In this document: piece by piece, positions 9,919 through 19,334 of the stretch
Numbering within the stretch: position 1 is the stretch's first letter
How the letters are laid out: each line of letters starts with the position of its first letter
Source of the DNA: Halarcobacter sp.
Lineage (GTDB): Bacteria > Campylobacterota > Campylobacteria > Campylobacterales > Arcobacteraceae
NCBI GenBank assembly: GCA_048571215.1
Contig: CP182352.1
Location: forward strand, 1,184,001-1,248,000
Length of the DNA: 64,000 nucleotides
Direction of reading: 5' to 3'
Made by a program: the position numbers and the translations under genes
Notes under the pieces: generated by a model
What the model was told of the DNA's origin: nothing
Seen by the model: only the letters and a program-made list of their open reading frames with translations
Databases searched by the model: none

Positions 9919-11886
9919 ATGTTTAAAGAGTTTAATATAGAAAATTTAGAAAATAGTAAAGTGCAATTAGAAGAGTTGTTAAATGATAGTAGAAAAAAAA
10001 TAGAGGAATTAGTAAATTTAGAAAATAAAACCTATGAGAATTTTGTTATGCCGTTTCAAGAAATAGGGGAGAGTATAAATGAATTTATAACTCCACTGTT
10101 TCATATTGACTCAGTTAAGAACTCAGAAATAACGCAAAAAGTGTACGAAGATTGTCTTCCTTTGATCTCAGATTATGAAACTGATATATCACAAAATGAT
10201 GATATTTATAGAGCATTAAAAGATATACAGTATAACTATAAAACATCATTAAATGATATACAAAATAAAGTGTTATACAATGAGATTAGAGACTTTAAAT
10301 TGAGTGGTTGCCATCTAGAAAATAATAAAAAGAAAAGATTAAAAGAGTTGAGTTTAAACTTGAGTCAGTTATCTCAAAAGTTTTCACAAAATCTTTTAGA
10401 TGCAACAAACTCTTATGAGATGATTCTTGATAACTATGAAGATGTAAAAGAGATACCAAAGTCAGATTTAGAGTTAGCAACTTTTGAAGAAGAGGGTAAA
10501 ACAAAATATAGATTTACACTTCAAATGCCATCATATTTAGCGTATATTACATATGGTACAAATAGAGAAAAAAGAGAAGAGATATACAAAGCTTATACAA
10601 CAAGAGCACCTCAAAATGGTGAGATAATTGAACAAATACTAAAACTAAAAGATGAAAAGGTAAAACTACTTGGCTTTGATTCATATGCCCAATACTCTTT
10701 GGAAACTAAAATGGCAAATACAACTACTGAGGTTGTGTCATTTTTAGAAGAGTTGGCATCAAAAGGACAAAATAGGGCATTACAAGAGGTAGAAGAGCTT
10801 AAGCAATATGCTTTAAAAGATGGTATTGATGATATAAAAAGTTATGATTTATCTTATTATAGTGAAAAACTAAAAAAAGAGAAATATGATTTAGATGAGG
10901 AGTATTATAGACCATATTTTGAACAAAATTCAGTATTAAATGGTTTTTTCGATTTTTTAAATGAGGTTTTTGGTATAGAGTTTACTTTAACAAATGCAAA
11001 AGCTTGGGATGAGAAGGTTAAAGTTTATAATATAAGTGAAAATGGAAAGGTTATTGCTAGAATTTATATCGATTTAGAATCAAGAAAAGACAAAAGAGGG
11101 GGTGCTTGGATGAATAATTGGCACTCTTATTATATAAATGCAAAGGGGGAAGAACAACTTCCAACAGCATATATTGTATGTAATTTTCCTCCATCAAGTG
11201 AAAACACTGTTTCTTTGTTAAGACACTCTGATGTTGTTACACTATTCCATGAGATGGGACATGCCTTACATCATCTTTTAAGTAAGGTTCCAGAAGCTTT
11301 TGTAAGTGGTATTTCTGGAGTTGCATGGGATGTTGTAGAGTTCCCATCACAGTTTCTTGAGTATTTTGCCTATGATAAAGAGGTTTTAAAACTTTTTGCA
11401 AAACATTATAAAACAGGTGAGGTTTTAAGTGATGAAGCAATAGATAGAATAATAAAAGCTAGAAATTTTCAATCTTCACTTGCTATGTTAAGACAGATAG
11501 AGTTTGCCTTGTTTGATTTTAAACTTCATGAAAAACTTTACACAAGCCAAGAACAAGTACAAGAGATTTTAGATAGTATAAGAGATAAATATTCAGTAAT
11601 AAAACCTCCAAAATATAATAAGTTTCAAAATGGTTTCTCTCATATTTTTGCAGGTGGGTATGCAGCGGGTTATTACTCATATAAGTGGGCAGAAGTTTTA
11701 AGTGCAGATGCATTTTATATGTTTATAGACTCAGGAAAGGTGTTAAACAAAGAATTAGCTACAAAATATAGGGATATAGTGTTAAAAAATGGTGGTTCTA
11801 AAGATATGGATCAATTATTCTTTGAATTTGCATCTAGAAACCCAAGTGTTGATTCTTTATTAAAAATTGATGGAATTATTAGCTAA
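9919..11886 (+). CDS. prlC: M3 family oligopeptidase A
   Basis: KRGGAWM, LFHEMGHALH, VEFPSQ, GYAAGYYSYKWAE. Confidence 0.9.
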   Translation: MFKEFNIENLENSKVQLEELLNDSRKKIEELVNLENKTYENFVMPFQEIGESINEFITPLFHIDSVKNSEITQKVYEDCLPLISDYETDISQNDDIYRALKDIQYNYKTSLNDIQNKVLYNEIRDFKLSGCHLENNKKKRLKELSLNLSQLSQKFSQNLLDATNSYEMILDNYEDVKEIPKSDLELATFEEEGKTKYRFTLQMPSYLAYITYGTNREKREEIYKAYTTRAPQNGEIIEQILKLKDEKVKLLGFDSYAQYSLETKMANTTTEVVSFLEELASKGQNRALQEVEELKQYALKDGIDDIKSYDLSYYSEKLKKEKYDLDEEYYRPYFEQNSVLNGFFDFLNEVFGIEFTLTNAKAWDEKVKVYNISENGKVIARIYIDLESRKDKRGGAWMNNWHSYYINAKGEEQLPTAYIVCNFPPSSENTVSLLRHSDVVTLFHEMGHALHHLLSKVPEAFVSGISGVAWDVVEFPSQFLEYFAYDKEVLKLFAKHYKTGEVLSDEAIDRIIKARNFQSSLAMLRQIEFALFDFKLHEKLYTSQEQVQEILDSIRDKYSVIKPPKYNKFQNGFSHIFAGGYAAGYYSYKWAEVLSADAFYMFIDSGKVLNKELATKYRDIVLKNGGSKDMDQLFFEFASRNPSVDSLLKIDGIIS

Positions 11887-12190
11887 GTTTTGTAATAATA
11901 TGATTTCTAATCAGATTGATAAATATAAGGACTTTTTACAATGACAAATGCTGAAACAATTGCTAAATTAAATGATGCTTTAGAGAAACTAATAAATGCT
12001 TATATTCTTTGAATTTGCATCTAGAAACCCAAGTGTTGATTCTTTATTAAAAATTGATGGAATTATTAGCTAAGTTTTGTAATAATATGATTTCTAATCA
12101 GATTGATAAATATAAGGACTTTTTACAATGACAAATGCTGAAACAATTGCTAAATTAAATGATGCTTTAGAGAAACTAATAAATGCTTAT
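11816..12190. repeat. Exact 187-bp tandem duplication (11816-12002 repeated at 12003-12189)
   Basis: TATTCTTTGAATTTGCATCTAG...CTAATAAATGCTTA occurs twice back to back; ATGs at 11941 and 12128 are 187 apart. Confidence 0.96.
11941..12012 (+). pseudogene. Truncated 23-aa copy (MTNAETIAKLNDALEKLINAYIL) of the 12128 ORF start, created by the duplication
   Basis: First 21 codons identical, then TGA shortly after the repeat junction. Confidence 0.7.
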
Positions 12191-12625
12191 GAACTATTGC
12201 AAAACTCATACGATGAGTTACAAGGTGATAATAAAAAATTAAATGAAGAGGTAAAGAATTTAAAAGCTAAAGTTAATACTTTAGAAGCTGAAAAAAGGGA
12301 TTTAGAAGATAATGTTAATAATCTTGAAGATTCAAAAGAAAAAGATTCAAGTAATATGAACAATATGCTTAGTAAAATAGAGGGACTTTTAAGTAAGAAA
12401 AAAGCAATTCCTTCTATGAATGAATCAAGAGATGAATTAAGACTAGGGCAGGATGATAGAAAAGAACAATCAAATGCCACTAAAGATGCAAGAGCTGCAA
12501 TGGGAGAAATAGTCATTGATAGTAAAACCTCTTCTGATAGAAATGAAGAAGAGTCTGAATCAAATAATGAAAATAAAATTGATTTGAATAGAATGGCCTC
12601 ATTACTAAACGGATTTAATAACTAG
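12128..12625 (+). CDS. Coiled-coil hypothetical protein, possibly ZapB-like
   Basis: AAGGA RBS; ~90-aa heptad coiled coil, polar linker, C-terminal amphipathic helix. Confidence 0.6.
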   Translation: MTNAETIAKLNDALEKLINAYELLQNSYDELQGDNKKLNEEVKNLKAKVNTLEAEKRDLEDNVNNLEDSKEKDSSNMNNMLSKIEGLLSKKKAIPSMNESRDELRLGQDDRKEQSNATKDARAAMGEIVIDSKTSSDRNEEESESNNENKIDLNRMASLLNGFNN

Positions 12626-12633
12626 CAGCCCTT

Positions 12634-12912
12634 ATGGTTTTAATGTTAAATAAAATCTCTTTGTTCTCAACATTTGATGTTGAGGACTTTTTTTCATTGG
12701 ATGGTGCTATAAATAATATGGCACCATCTATGGTTGAATACTACTTATCAAACTTATCAAGTGGAAATGATGATATCTATCTAAATAAAAGAAATATACA
12801 AAGTAGTATTACTATTGGTGAGTATTCTTTGTACTTAGATTATGATGATGAAGTTTATATGGAAATAGAAGATAGCTTAGATGATGAGTTTGAGACAGGT
12901 TCTTTATGGTAG
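12634..12912 (+). CDS. Small acidic hypothetical protein
   Basis: 92-aa ORF between the coiled-coil gene and xerH; D/E-rich. Confidence 0.6.
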   Translation: MVLMLNKISLFSTFDVEDFFSLDGAINNMAPSMVEYYLSNLSSGNDDIYLNKRNIQSSITIGEYSLYLDYDDEVYMEIEDSLDDEFETGSLW

Positions 12913-12923
12913 TAGGCTTTATC

Positions 12924-12960
12924 TATAATAGTTTGGAAATTATAGTTTCCAAAAGTAAAA
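12924..12960. other. dif: difH-like chromosome dimer resolution site with adjacent TATAAT -10 box
   Basis: AGTTTGGAAA-TTATAG-TTTCCAAAAGTAAAA: 8-bp perfect inverted arms, 6-bp spacer; resembles H. pylori difH as recalled; ends 10 bp before the xerH start. Confidence 0.8.
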
Positions 12961-12970
12961 TATAAATATT

Positions 12971-14023
12971 ATGAAATATCCTTTAGATTGTGAAAACAGC
13001 TTTGAAAAAAGCTATTTGTTTTGGTTGAGTCGTTTTATAAGAAATAAGATAACTTCACTATCAAATAGACAAGTTAAAGATAAAGACAGACTTGCTCAAA
13101 TACTTCAAGCTTTGATAAAAGGCTTTGATAATATTGATAATATGAAACAAATAGTAAAAGAAGTTAGGAATATAGGAATAAACTCGATTCATGTGTATTT
13201 CATACCCCTAGAGAAGCTTTTTCATTTTTTAAGTAACTTTGGTGCTAGTTCACTAAAAGAGATTGATGAGGAGCTTCTAAGTGATTTTCTAGCTACAGAA
13301 ACAAGTAATCTATCAGATGCTACAAAGAAAAACTACAGAATTGCTCTAATTACTTTTTTTGGATATATAGATAAGCAAAATGAAGAAAAAAATGGTTTTG
13401 TTTATAGATATGGTATAGAGATGAAAAATTGGGGTGGTTTAGGGGGTCAAGGTGGTAAAAAACTACCCTCTTTTATGAAAAAAGATGAAGTGCAAAGATT
13501 TATTGAAGCTATTGATTCTTACCCTTTTAGTGCAAAAATAGCTGCAAGAAATAGGCTTATTATTAAAATAATCCTTTATACAGGTATTAGAGTTAGTGAA
13601 GCCATAAACATTGATATGAAAGATTTTAATAAAGATGAGGATGCTTATATTATCCAAGTTAGAGGAAAAGGAAATAAGCCTAGAGTTGTAATGATAAAAG
13701 AGTCTATTTTAAAAAAAGACTTGATAGAATGGGAAAGTATCAAAAATTGTAATGGTAACACCCTATTTTGCAACCAAAAAGGCAATTTACTATCACAAGC
13801 ATATATAAGTAGTATAGTTGAAAAGATTCTTTTAAGTGCTGGAATTAGAAAAGAAAAAAATGGCGCACATATGCTAAGACATACTTTTGCTACAATGCTT
13901 TATCAAAAAAGTAAGGATTTAATACTAGTACAAGAGTCTTTAGGTCATGCAGATATAAATACTTCAAGAATCTATACCCATTTTGACAAGGATAGATTAA
14001 AGCAGACTACTGATATATTTTAG
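12971..14023 (+). CDS. xerH: Tyrosine recombinase XerH
   Basis: MKYPLDCE..FEKSYLFWL N-terminus; TGIRVSE, GKGNK, HMLRHTFA, LGHA...SRIY. Confidence 0.92.
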   Translation: MKYPLDCENSFEKSYLFWLSRFIRNKITSLSNRQVKDKDRLAQILQALIKGFDNIDNMKQIVKEVRNIGINSIHVYFIPLEKLFHFLSNFGASSLKEIDEELLSDFLATETSNLSDATKKNYRIALITFFGYIDKQNEEKNGFVYRYGIEMKNWGGLGGQGGKKLPSFMKKDEVQRFIEAIDSYPFSAKIAARNRLIIKIILYTGIRVSEAINIDMKDFNKDEDAYIIQVRGKGNKPRVVMIKESILKKDLIEWESIKNCNGNTLFCNQKGNLLSQAYISSIVEKILLSAGIRKEKNGAHMLRHTFATMLYQKSKDLILVQESLGHADINTSRIYTHFDKDRLKQTTDIF

Positions 14024-15100
14024 TTATCTTCTTTTGTTTTTAGCAAAGTCAATTATATATTGGGCAATTTGGTCTAAGTGTACAATATCTTTTACAGCAC
14101 CTGCTTGAATAGCCTTAGCAGGCATTCCAAATACTACACAACTCTCTTCATTTTGGGCTATTGTATATGCTCCATTATCATGTAACTCTTTCATAGCAAT
14201 ACTACCATCATCACCCATACCTGTCATCATTACAGCCATTGCACTACTTCCTGCACAGTTATTTACTGATCTAAAAAGTACATTAACACTTGGTCTATGG
14301 TGACTTACTTTAACAGTATCTAAAAGCTTAGTTCTATACTCCCCTCTTACACACTCAATTGTTAGGTGCATATTACCAGGGGCTAAATATGCATGTCCAT
14401 ATTTTAGTACCATTCCATCTTCTGCTTGACATACATCTATACTAGAGTAATCATTTAATCTATCAGCAAATGATTTTGAAAAACCATAAGGGATATGTTG
14501 GGTTATAACTATAGGGGGTAGTGTGTTTGTTAAACTCTTAAAGACCTTTAAGAGTGATTCAACTCCACCAGTTGAAGAACCAATAGCGATAACTTTATTT
14601 CCCCCTCGTCTAGCAGGGTTTGATGGTATTACTTCATCTGGATGTATCTTTCTTTCTACATCTTTACTTTTTGTATGTATAATCTTTTTAGTGGGTTTAG
14701 GCTTTTTCAAAGTATACCTTTTTAGTAAAAAAGTTAAATTTAAAAGATTTTCTTTTATTCGTGCTGCAAAACTACTTAAAGGTTCACCACTTTCAGGTTT
14801 AGAAATAAATCCTACAGCACCATCATCAAAAATGTCATTCCCTCTAACACTCTCACCTGATACAACAACAGCTGGCATGGGATGAAGTCTCATTAAGTTT
14901 CTTAAAAAAGTTACCCCATTCATTTTAGGCATATTTACATCAATTGTAACTAAATCAGGCTCATATTGTTTTATTTTTTCTCTTGCATCATATGCATCAA
15001 ATGCTTCTGCTATTACTTCAAACTCTTCAATACTATTAATCATATCTTTTAATATTCTTCTCATAGAAGGTGAATCATCTATTATTAATACTGTATACAT
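14024..15100 (-). CDS. cheB: Chemotaxis methylesterase
   Basis: REC domain; GSSTGG, QHIP, HRPSV, TGMGDDG. Confidence 0.96.
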   Translation of the reverse strand: MYTVLIIDDSPSMRRILKDMINSIEEFEVIAEAFDAYDAREKIKQYEPDLVTIDVNMPKMNGVTFLRNLMRLHPMPAVVVSGESVRGNDIFDDGAVGFISKPESGEPLSSFAARIKENLLNLTFLLKRYTLKKPKPTKKIIHTKSKDVERKIHPDEVIPSNPARRGGNKVIAIGSSTGGVESLLKVFKSLTNTLPPIVITQHIPYGFSKSFADRLNDYSSIDVCQAEDGMVLKYGHAYLAPGNMHLTIECVRGEYRTKLLDTVKVSHHRPSVNVLFRSVNNCAGSSAMAVMMTGMGDDGSIAMKELHDNGAYTIAQNEESCVVFGMPAKAIQAGAVKDIVHLDQIAQYIIDFAKNKRR

Positions 15101-15119
15101 GCAAACTTTTCTTTATTTA

Positions 15120-15800
15120 TTAAAATAATTCTATTTCCATTTCTGGTTCTACTTTTTGATCTTTATCAATACCAAATAAGTCAACACCACCAACATATTC
15201 TTTGATAACTGGTGCTTTTGTAATCTCTGTTTGTAATGCTGTTTCTTCACTAAGAATTTTCTTATCAGTTTCAGTTTTTTGTGTAACTTTTATAAAGGTT
15301 TGAAAATCATCAGCAAGGAGTATTAATCGACCATGTTCACCCCTTGTATGTTCACTCATAAGTTTAAAACCTTCAGATTTACAAAAATCTTTTGCAAACT
15401 CTACATTTCTATGCCCTATTGAGATTGAAGATACATTAAGTTGCATAATATCTGCTCCACCTGAGATCTTTGCAATCATATTTTGTTTACTACAACCTAG
15501 TTTGTACATCTCATTTAACATCGCTTCAACTGAATATAAACCATACTTCATATCATCATTTGTACTATTTGTTGATGGCAATAAAAAGTGATTCATACCC
15601 TTTATCTTCTTTTTGTTGTCATAAAACATAATTGCAACGCAAGAACCAAGTAATGTTTTAAATGCAACTTCATCTGTATCTGGACCAACAGCAAATTCAC
15701 CACCTATTATAGTATGAGTATTGTATCCTTTTGTTTTTTGAGTAAATCTTGATACTGAAGCTTTCTCAATACCACCATCTTTATGTCCAATTACAATCAA
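15120..15800 (-). CDS. cheD: Chemoreceptor glutamine deamidase
   Basis: TLLGSCVA, GMNHFLLP, AKISGGA, IGHRN. Confidence 0.94.
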   Translation of the reverse strand: MIVIGHKDGGIEKASVSRFTQKTKGYNTHTIIGGEFAVGPDTDEVAFKTLLGSCVAIMFYDNKKKIKGMNHFLLPSTNSTNDDMKYGLYSVEAMLNEMYKLGCSKQNMIAKISGGADIMQLNVSSISIGHRNVEFAKDFCKSEGFKLMSEHTRGEHGRLILLADDFQTFIKVTQKTETDKKILSEETALQTEITKAPVIKEYVGGVDLFGIDKDQKVEPEMEIELF

Positions 15801-16639
15801 TGTAATTCCTTTGTCTTAATAAATATATTTTGTCCCACTCTTTGTACATAATTTATTAAATCATGGGGATTTTCAGAATGTCCTAAGTATAGAGTTCCTC
15901 CTATTTTTAGGTGGGTAAATAGTTTTTTTAATATTTTATTTTGATCTTGGGTTGAAAAGTATATAAGTACATTTCTACAAAAAATTACATCAAAATAGTT
16001 TTTTTCATAAGGATAAGATGAATCATTTAGGTTCATAACTTGAAAGGTAACCATTTTTTGAAGTTCAGGTTTAACTTTTATCAAAACCTCTTCACTTGCA
16101 AGATTTTTTTGAACTCTTCTTTTAAAATATTTTTGTGGTTTTATCCATTCTGGGAACTCTTTTGAAGATTTAGCATATCTATAGATACCATTTGCAGCAT
16201 ATTGTAAAACATTTGTATCAATATCTGTTGCTAAAATAGTAGAATTGATTCTTTTCCCTAAAATCTCTTGTGTTTCTAATACAGTCATTGCCATTGAATA
16301 AGGCTCTTCTCCTGTAGATGAAGCTGAACAATACATTTTTATTGTATTATTTGAATTGGCAAATTCTGGTAAAACTCTATTTTTTAAGTCTATAAAGTGG
16401 AAATCTTCTCTAAAAAAGTGTGTTTTATTAGTAGTAAAAGAGTTAATAAACTCCATTTGAAAAGAGCCCTCTTCTATACTTGCTAATAACTCTTCGATGT
16501 CGCCATTGTATTTGGTGTCTCTTTTTAGTTTGTGGAGTCTATTTGCTATCATAATATCTTTATTCTCTGCCAGGGTTATCCCTGTTAGAGAATAAAGAAT
16601 AGACTTTACTTTATTATGTAAGGCACTATTATCTAACAT
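15797..16639 (-). CDS. cheR: Chemotaxis methyltransferase
   Basis: TTNKTHFFRE, SASSTGEEPYS, IFCRNVLIYF, LGHSE. Confidence 0.96.
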   Translation of the reverse strand: MLDNSALHNKVKSILYSLTGITLAENKDIMIANRLHKLKRDTKYNGDIEELLASIEEGSFQMEFINSFTTNKTHFFREDFHFIDLKNRVLPEFANSNNTIKMYCSASSTGEEPYSMAMTVLETQEILGKRINSTILATDIDTNVLQYAANGIYRYAKSSKEFPEWIKPQKYFKRRVQKNLASEEVLIKVKPELQKMVTFQVMNLNDSSYPYEKNYFDVIFCRNVLIYFSTQDQNKILKKLFTHLKIGGTLYLGHSENPHDLINYVQRVGQNIFIKTKELH

Positions 16640-16645
16640 TTATAA

Positions 16646-18742
16646 TCACGAAGCAAATTGTGTAGTATTAAAAACTTTTTCAATTTTGATTTGCGCATTT
16701 ATTATCCCTAGAACATCAAGAATTAACCCAATGCTTCCATCACCTCTAACTGTTGCTGCTCCAATCCCTTCTACACTTCTAAAGTTTTTATCTAAAGGTT
16801 TTACAACAACTTGGTGTTGATTTAAGAATTCATCTATAGAAATTGCAACTTTCGTAGCCCCTGATTTTACTACTATTAACATACCATCTTCAAGATTTTC
16901 AAAAGTAGGTTCTACACCAAATAATTGATGAAGTCTTACAACAGGGATAAACTCTTCTCTTAACATTAATAAGTCTTGAGAACCATCACCAATTTTTTTA
17001 ATCATATCTGGTGTTGGTTGAAGAGATTCAACAATAGAACTTAATGGTAAGATATATTTTTGATCTCCAACAGCAATATCTAAACCATCTAGAATTGCAA
17101 GAGTTAAAGGTAACATAATAGTAATAGTTGTACCTTTACCTAGTGTTGTATCAAGTTTAATTGCTCCACCAAGTTTTTGGATATTTGTTTTAACAACATC
17201 CATTCCAACACCACGACCAGAAATATCTGTAATTTGATCTGCTGTTGATACTCCAGCTCCAAATACTAACATAGCTTTTTCATTATCACTCATTGAGTTA
17301 AATTGGTTTTCATCAATTTGACCTTGTTCTAGTGCTTTGTTAGCAACTCGTTCAGAATCGATACCTTTACCATCATCTTCAATTGTAATAATCATTTGTC
17401 CATTTGCTTGTTCTGCTGCAATTGTAATTGCCCCAACCTCTTCTTTTCCACTAGCAACTCTTACATCAGGCGTTTCTAAACCATGGTCTAAAGAGTTTCT
17501 AATAATATGCATTAATGGGTCAGTAAGCCCTTCAATCATCGCTTTATCAATCTCAACATTATCTCCATAATGTTTAAATTCAACTTTTTTACCAAGCTTT
17601 TTAGAGATATCTCTTACAACTTTTGGGAATTTAGAGTAAATAGATTCCATTGGAACCATTCGAATACTCATAATAGAATCTTGCATATCTCTGATATGTC
17701 GTTCTAGAAGTTCAAGTCTTTCTAATACCGCATTTCTAGTTTTTGCTTCTTCTATTGAAGTTGAAAATTGGGTAAGCATTGCATTAGTGATAACTAAATC
17801 ACCAACATTATTCATAAGTAAATCAATTTTATCTAGGTTTACTCTAATATTATTTGAAGCTGAAGCTTTTTTCTCTTTTACCTCTCTATCTCCTCTTTTA
17901 GGTGCAGCTGGTTTTGCTGCAGCTGCTGGGGGAGTAGATGGTTTAGGATTATCAGTTTTAGGTGCAGCTTTTGAAACCTCTTTTTTCATAATCTCTTCTT
18001 TTTGATCTTTATTGTTTGCTGTGATTTCTGCATCAGGTGAAATATCTGGCATATCATCAAAAAATCCAAAATCATCACCCTCTTCATGTTCAATTGTAGG
18101 AGTTATAGCAGTTTCTGAAATTCTGTCTAACTCATCATCGAAAAAGCCATAGTTTTCATTATCTTTCCCTATTTCATCATCTTTGAAAAATCCATATGAA
18201 ACATTAAACTTACTTTCATTTACATCTTCATCATAAAATCCGATATTTTCATCTAGAAGATGTTCATTAGTACTAGGTGGAGTTTCAGTTTCTACTACAG
18301 GTGTTTCTTCCTGAGTGGTTTGCGCACTTGCAGGAGTCTCTCCATTTATATAAGCTCTAATGTCAGATAATAAATCACTTGTCATTTCAGTAAAAGTTTC
18401 TCTTGTAAGCTCTTCTGATACTTCAAGGTCTAGTAACTCTTTCATAACATCTAAACCATCAATTAGTGTTGAAACCATTTCTGGGATTAATTCAATTTGA
18501 TGATTTCTAAGTTTATCCATCATATTTTCAACATCATGTGTAAACTCAGCAAATAGTGTTAACTCAACTGAAGCACCACTCCCTTTTAGAGTATGAACAT
18601 CTCTAAAAAGTTGTCCCATCTCTTCGTCTGTTAATGTTCCATTTGTTTCAGCTTCTAATAGTACATTATCAGCTGATTCAAATAGCTCCTCAGCTTCTTC
18701 AACAAACATCTCTCTATACTTAGAAATATCAAACCCAGCCAT
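16646..18742 (-). CDS. cheA: Chemotaxis histidine kinase
   Basis: Hpt FRDVHTLKG, IRVNLDKID, RNSLDHG, SGRGVGMDVV, C-terminal CheW domain. Confidence 0.97.
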   Translation of the reverse strand: MAGFDISKYREMFVEEAEELFESADNVLLEAETNGTLTDEEMGQLFRDVHTLKGSGASVELTLFAEFTHDVENMMDKLRNHQIELIPEMVSTLIDGLDVMKELLDLEVSEELTRETFTEMTSDLLSDIRAYINGETPASAQTTQEETPVVETETPPSTNEHLLDENIGFYDEDVNESKFNVSYGFFKDDEIGKDNENYGFFDDELDRISETAITPTIEHEEGDDFGFFDDMPDISPDAEITANNKDQKEEIMKKEVSKAAPKTDNPKPSTPPAAAAKPAAPKRGDREVKEKKASASNNIRVNLDKIDLLMNNVGDLVITNAMLTQFSTSIEEAKTRNAVLERLELLERHIRDMQDSIMSIRMVPMESIYSKFPKVVRDISKKLGKKVEFKHYGDNVEIDKAMIEGLTDPLMHIIRNSLDHGLETPDVRVASGKEEVGAITIAAEQANGQMIITIEDDGKGIDSERVANKALEQGQIDENQFNSMSDNEKAMLVFGAGVSTADQITDISGRGVGMDVVKTNIQKLGGAIKLDTTLGKGTTITIMLPLTLAILDGLDIAVGDQKYILPLSSIVESLQPTPDMIKKIGDGSQDLLMLREEFIPVVRLHQLFGVEPTFENLEDGMLIVVKSGATKVAISIDEFLNQHQVVVKPLDKNFRSVEGIGAATVRGDGSIGLILDVLGIINAQIKIEKVFNTTQFAS

Positions 18743-18759
18743 CTTAAAACCTTTTTATT

Positions 18760-19128
18760 TTATCTACTTAATACTATGTTCACAGCTTTTAAAAGTTGCT
18801 CAGGTACAAATGGTTTTACAATCCAACCTGTTGCTCCGGCAGCTTTTCCTTTAGCTTTCATCTCATCACTTCTCTCAGTTGTTAAAACTAAAATAGGCTT
18901 TGAAGCATATTGAGGAAGTTTTCTTAGCTCACTAATTAAAGTGAGTCCATCCATATTAGGCATATTTACATCCGTAATAATTAAATCAAAAGTTGTAGAT
19001 TTAGCCTTTTCTAAACCATCAACTCCATCAATTCCCTCAACTACATCAGTGTATCCACCCTCGTTTAGTGCATAGTTAAGCATATCTCTTAACATTGTAG
19101 AGTCATCAACAATTAAAAGCTTAGCCAT
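18760..19128 (-). CDS. cheY: Chemotaxis response regulator
   Basis: Single REC domain VDDS, TDVNMPNMDG, WIVKPF; first gene of che operon. Confidence 0.92.
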   Translation of the reverse strand: MAKLLIVDDSTMLRDMLNYALNEGGYTDVVEGIDGVDGLEKAKSTTFDLIITDVNMPNMDGLTLISELRKLPQYASKPILVLTTERSDEMKAKGKAAGATGWIVKPFVPEQLLKAVNIVLSR

Positions 19129-19334
19129 AAAAACCCCTTGTTTTCGTATAAATATATTGTTTAAACTATATTAACTAAAGAAATATTAATTTAAGTTTAG
19201 TAAATTATCAAAATATAATATTGCAATTTTTATTAAAGTATCTAAAAATTGGCATTTATGTAAACTATTATAATTAAAATAAAATTAATTATAATAGAAA
19301 TTACATACTAAAATGTAGTTTATTTAAGAATTTT

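Noticed and set aside
11816..12190. Duplication as CRISPR array or IS target-site duplication
   Set aside because: Two abutting 187-bp copies, with no spacers, transposase or terminal inverted repeats
12971..14023. Tyrosine recombinase as a prophage or island integrase
   Set aside because: N-terminus is XerH-type, a dif-like site is adjacent, and no phage, att or conjugation genes are nearby
19129..19334. AT-rich pnp-cheY intergenic region as an sRNA or origin
   Set aside because: Only weak AT palindromes and no DnaA-box cluster; consistent with an ordinary promoter region
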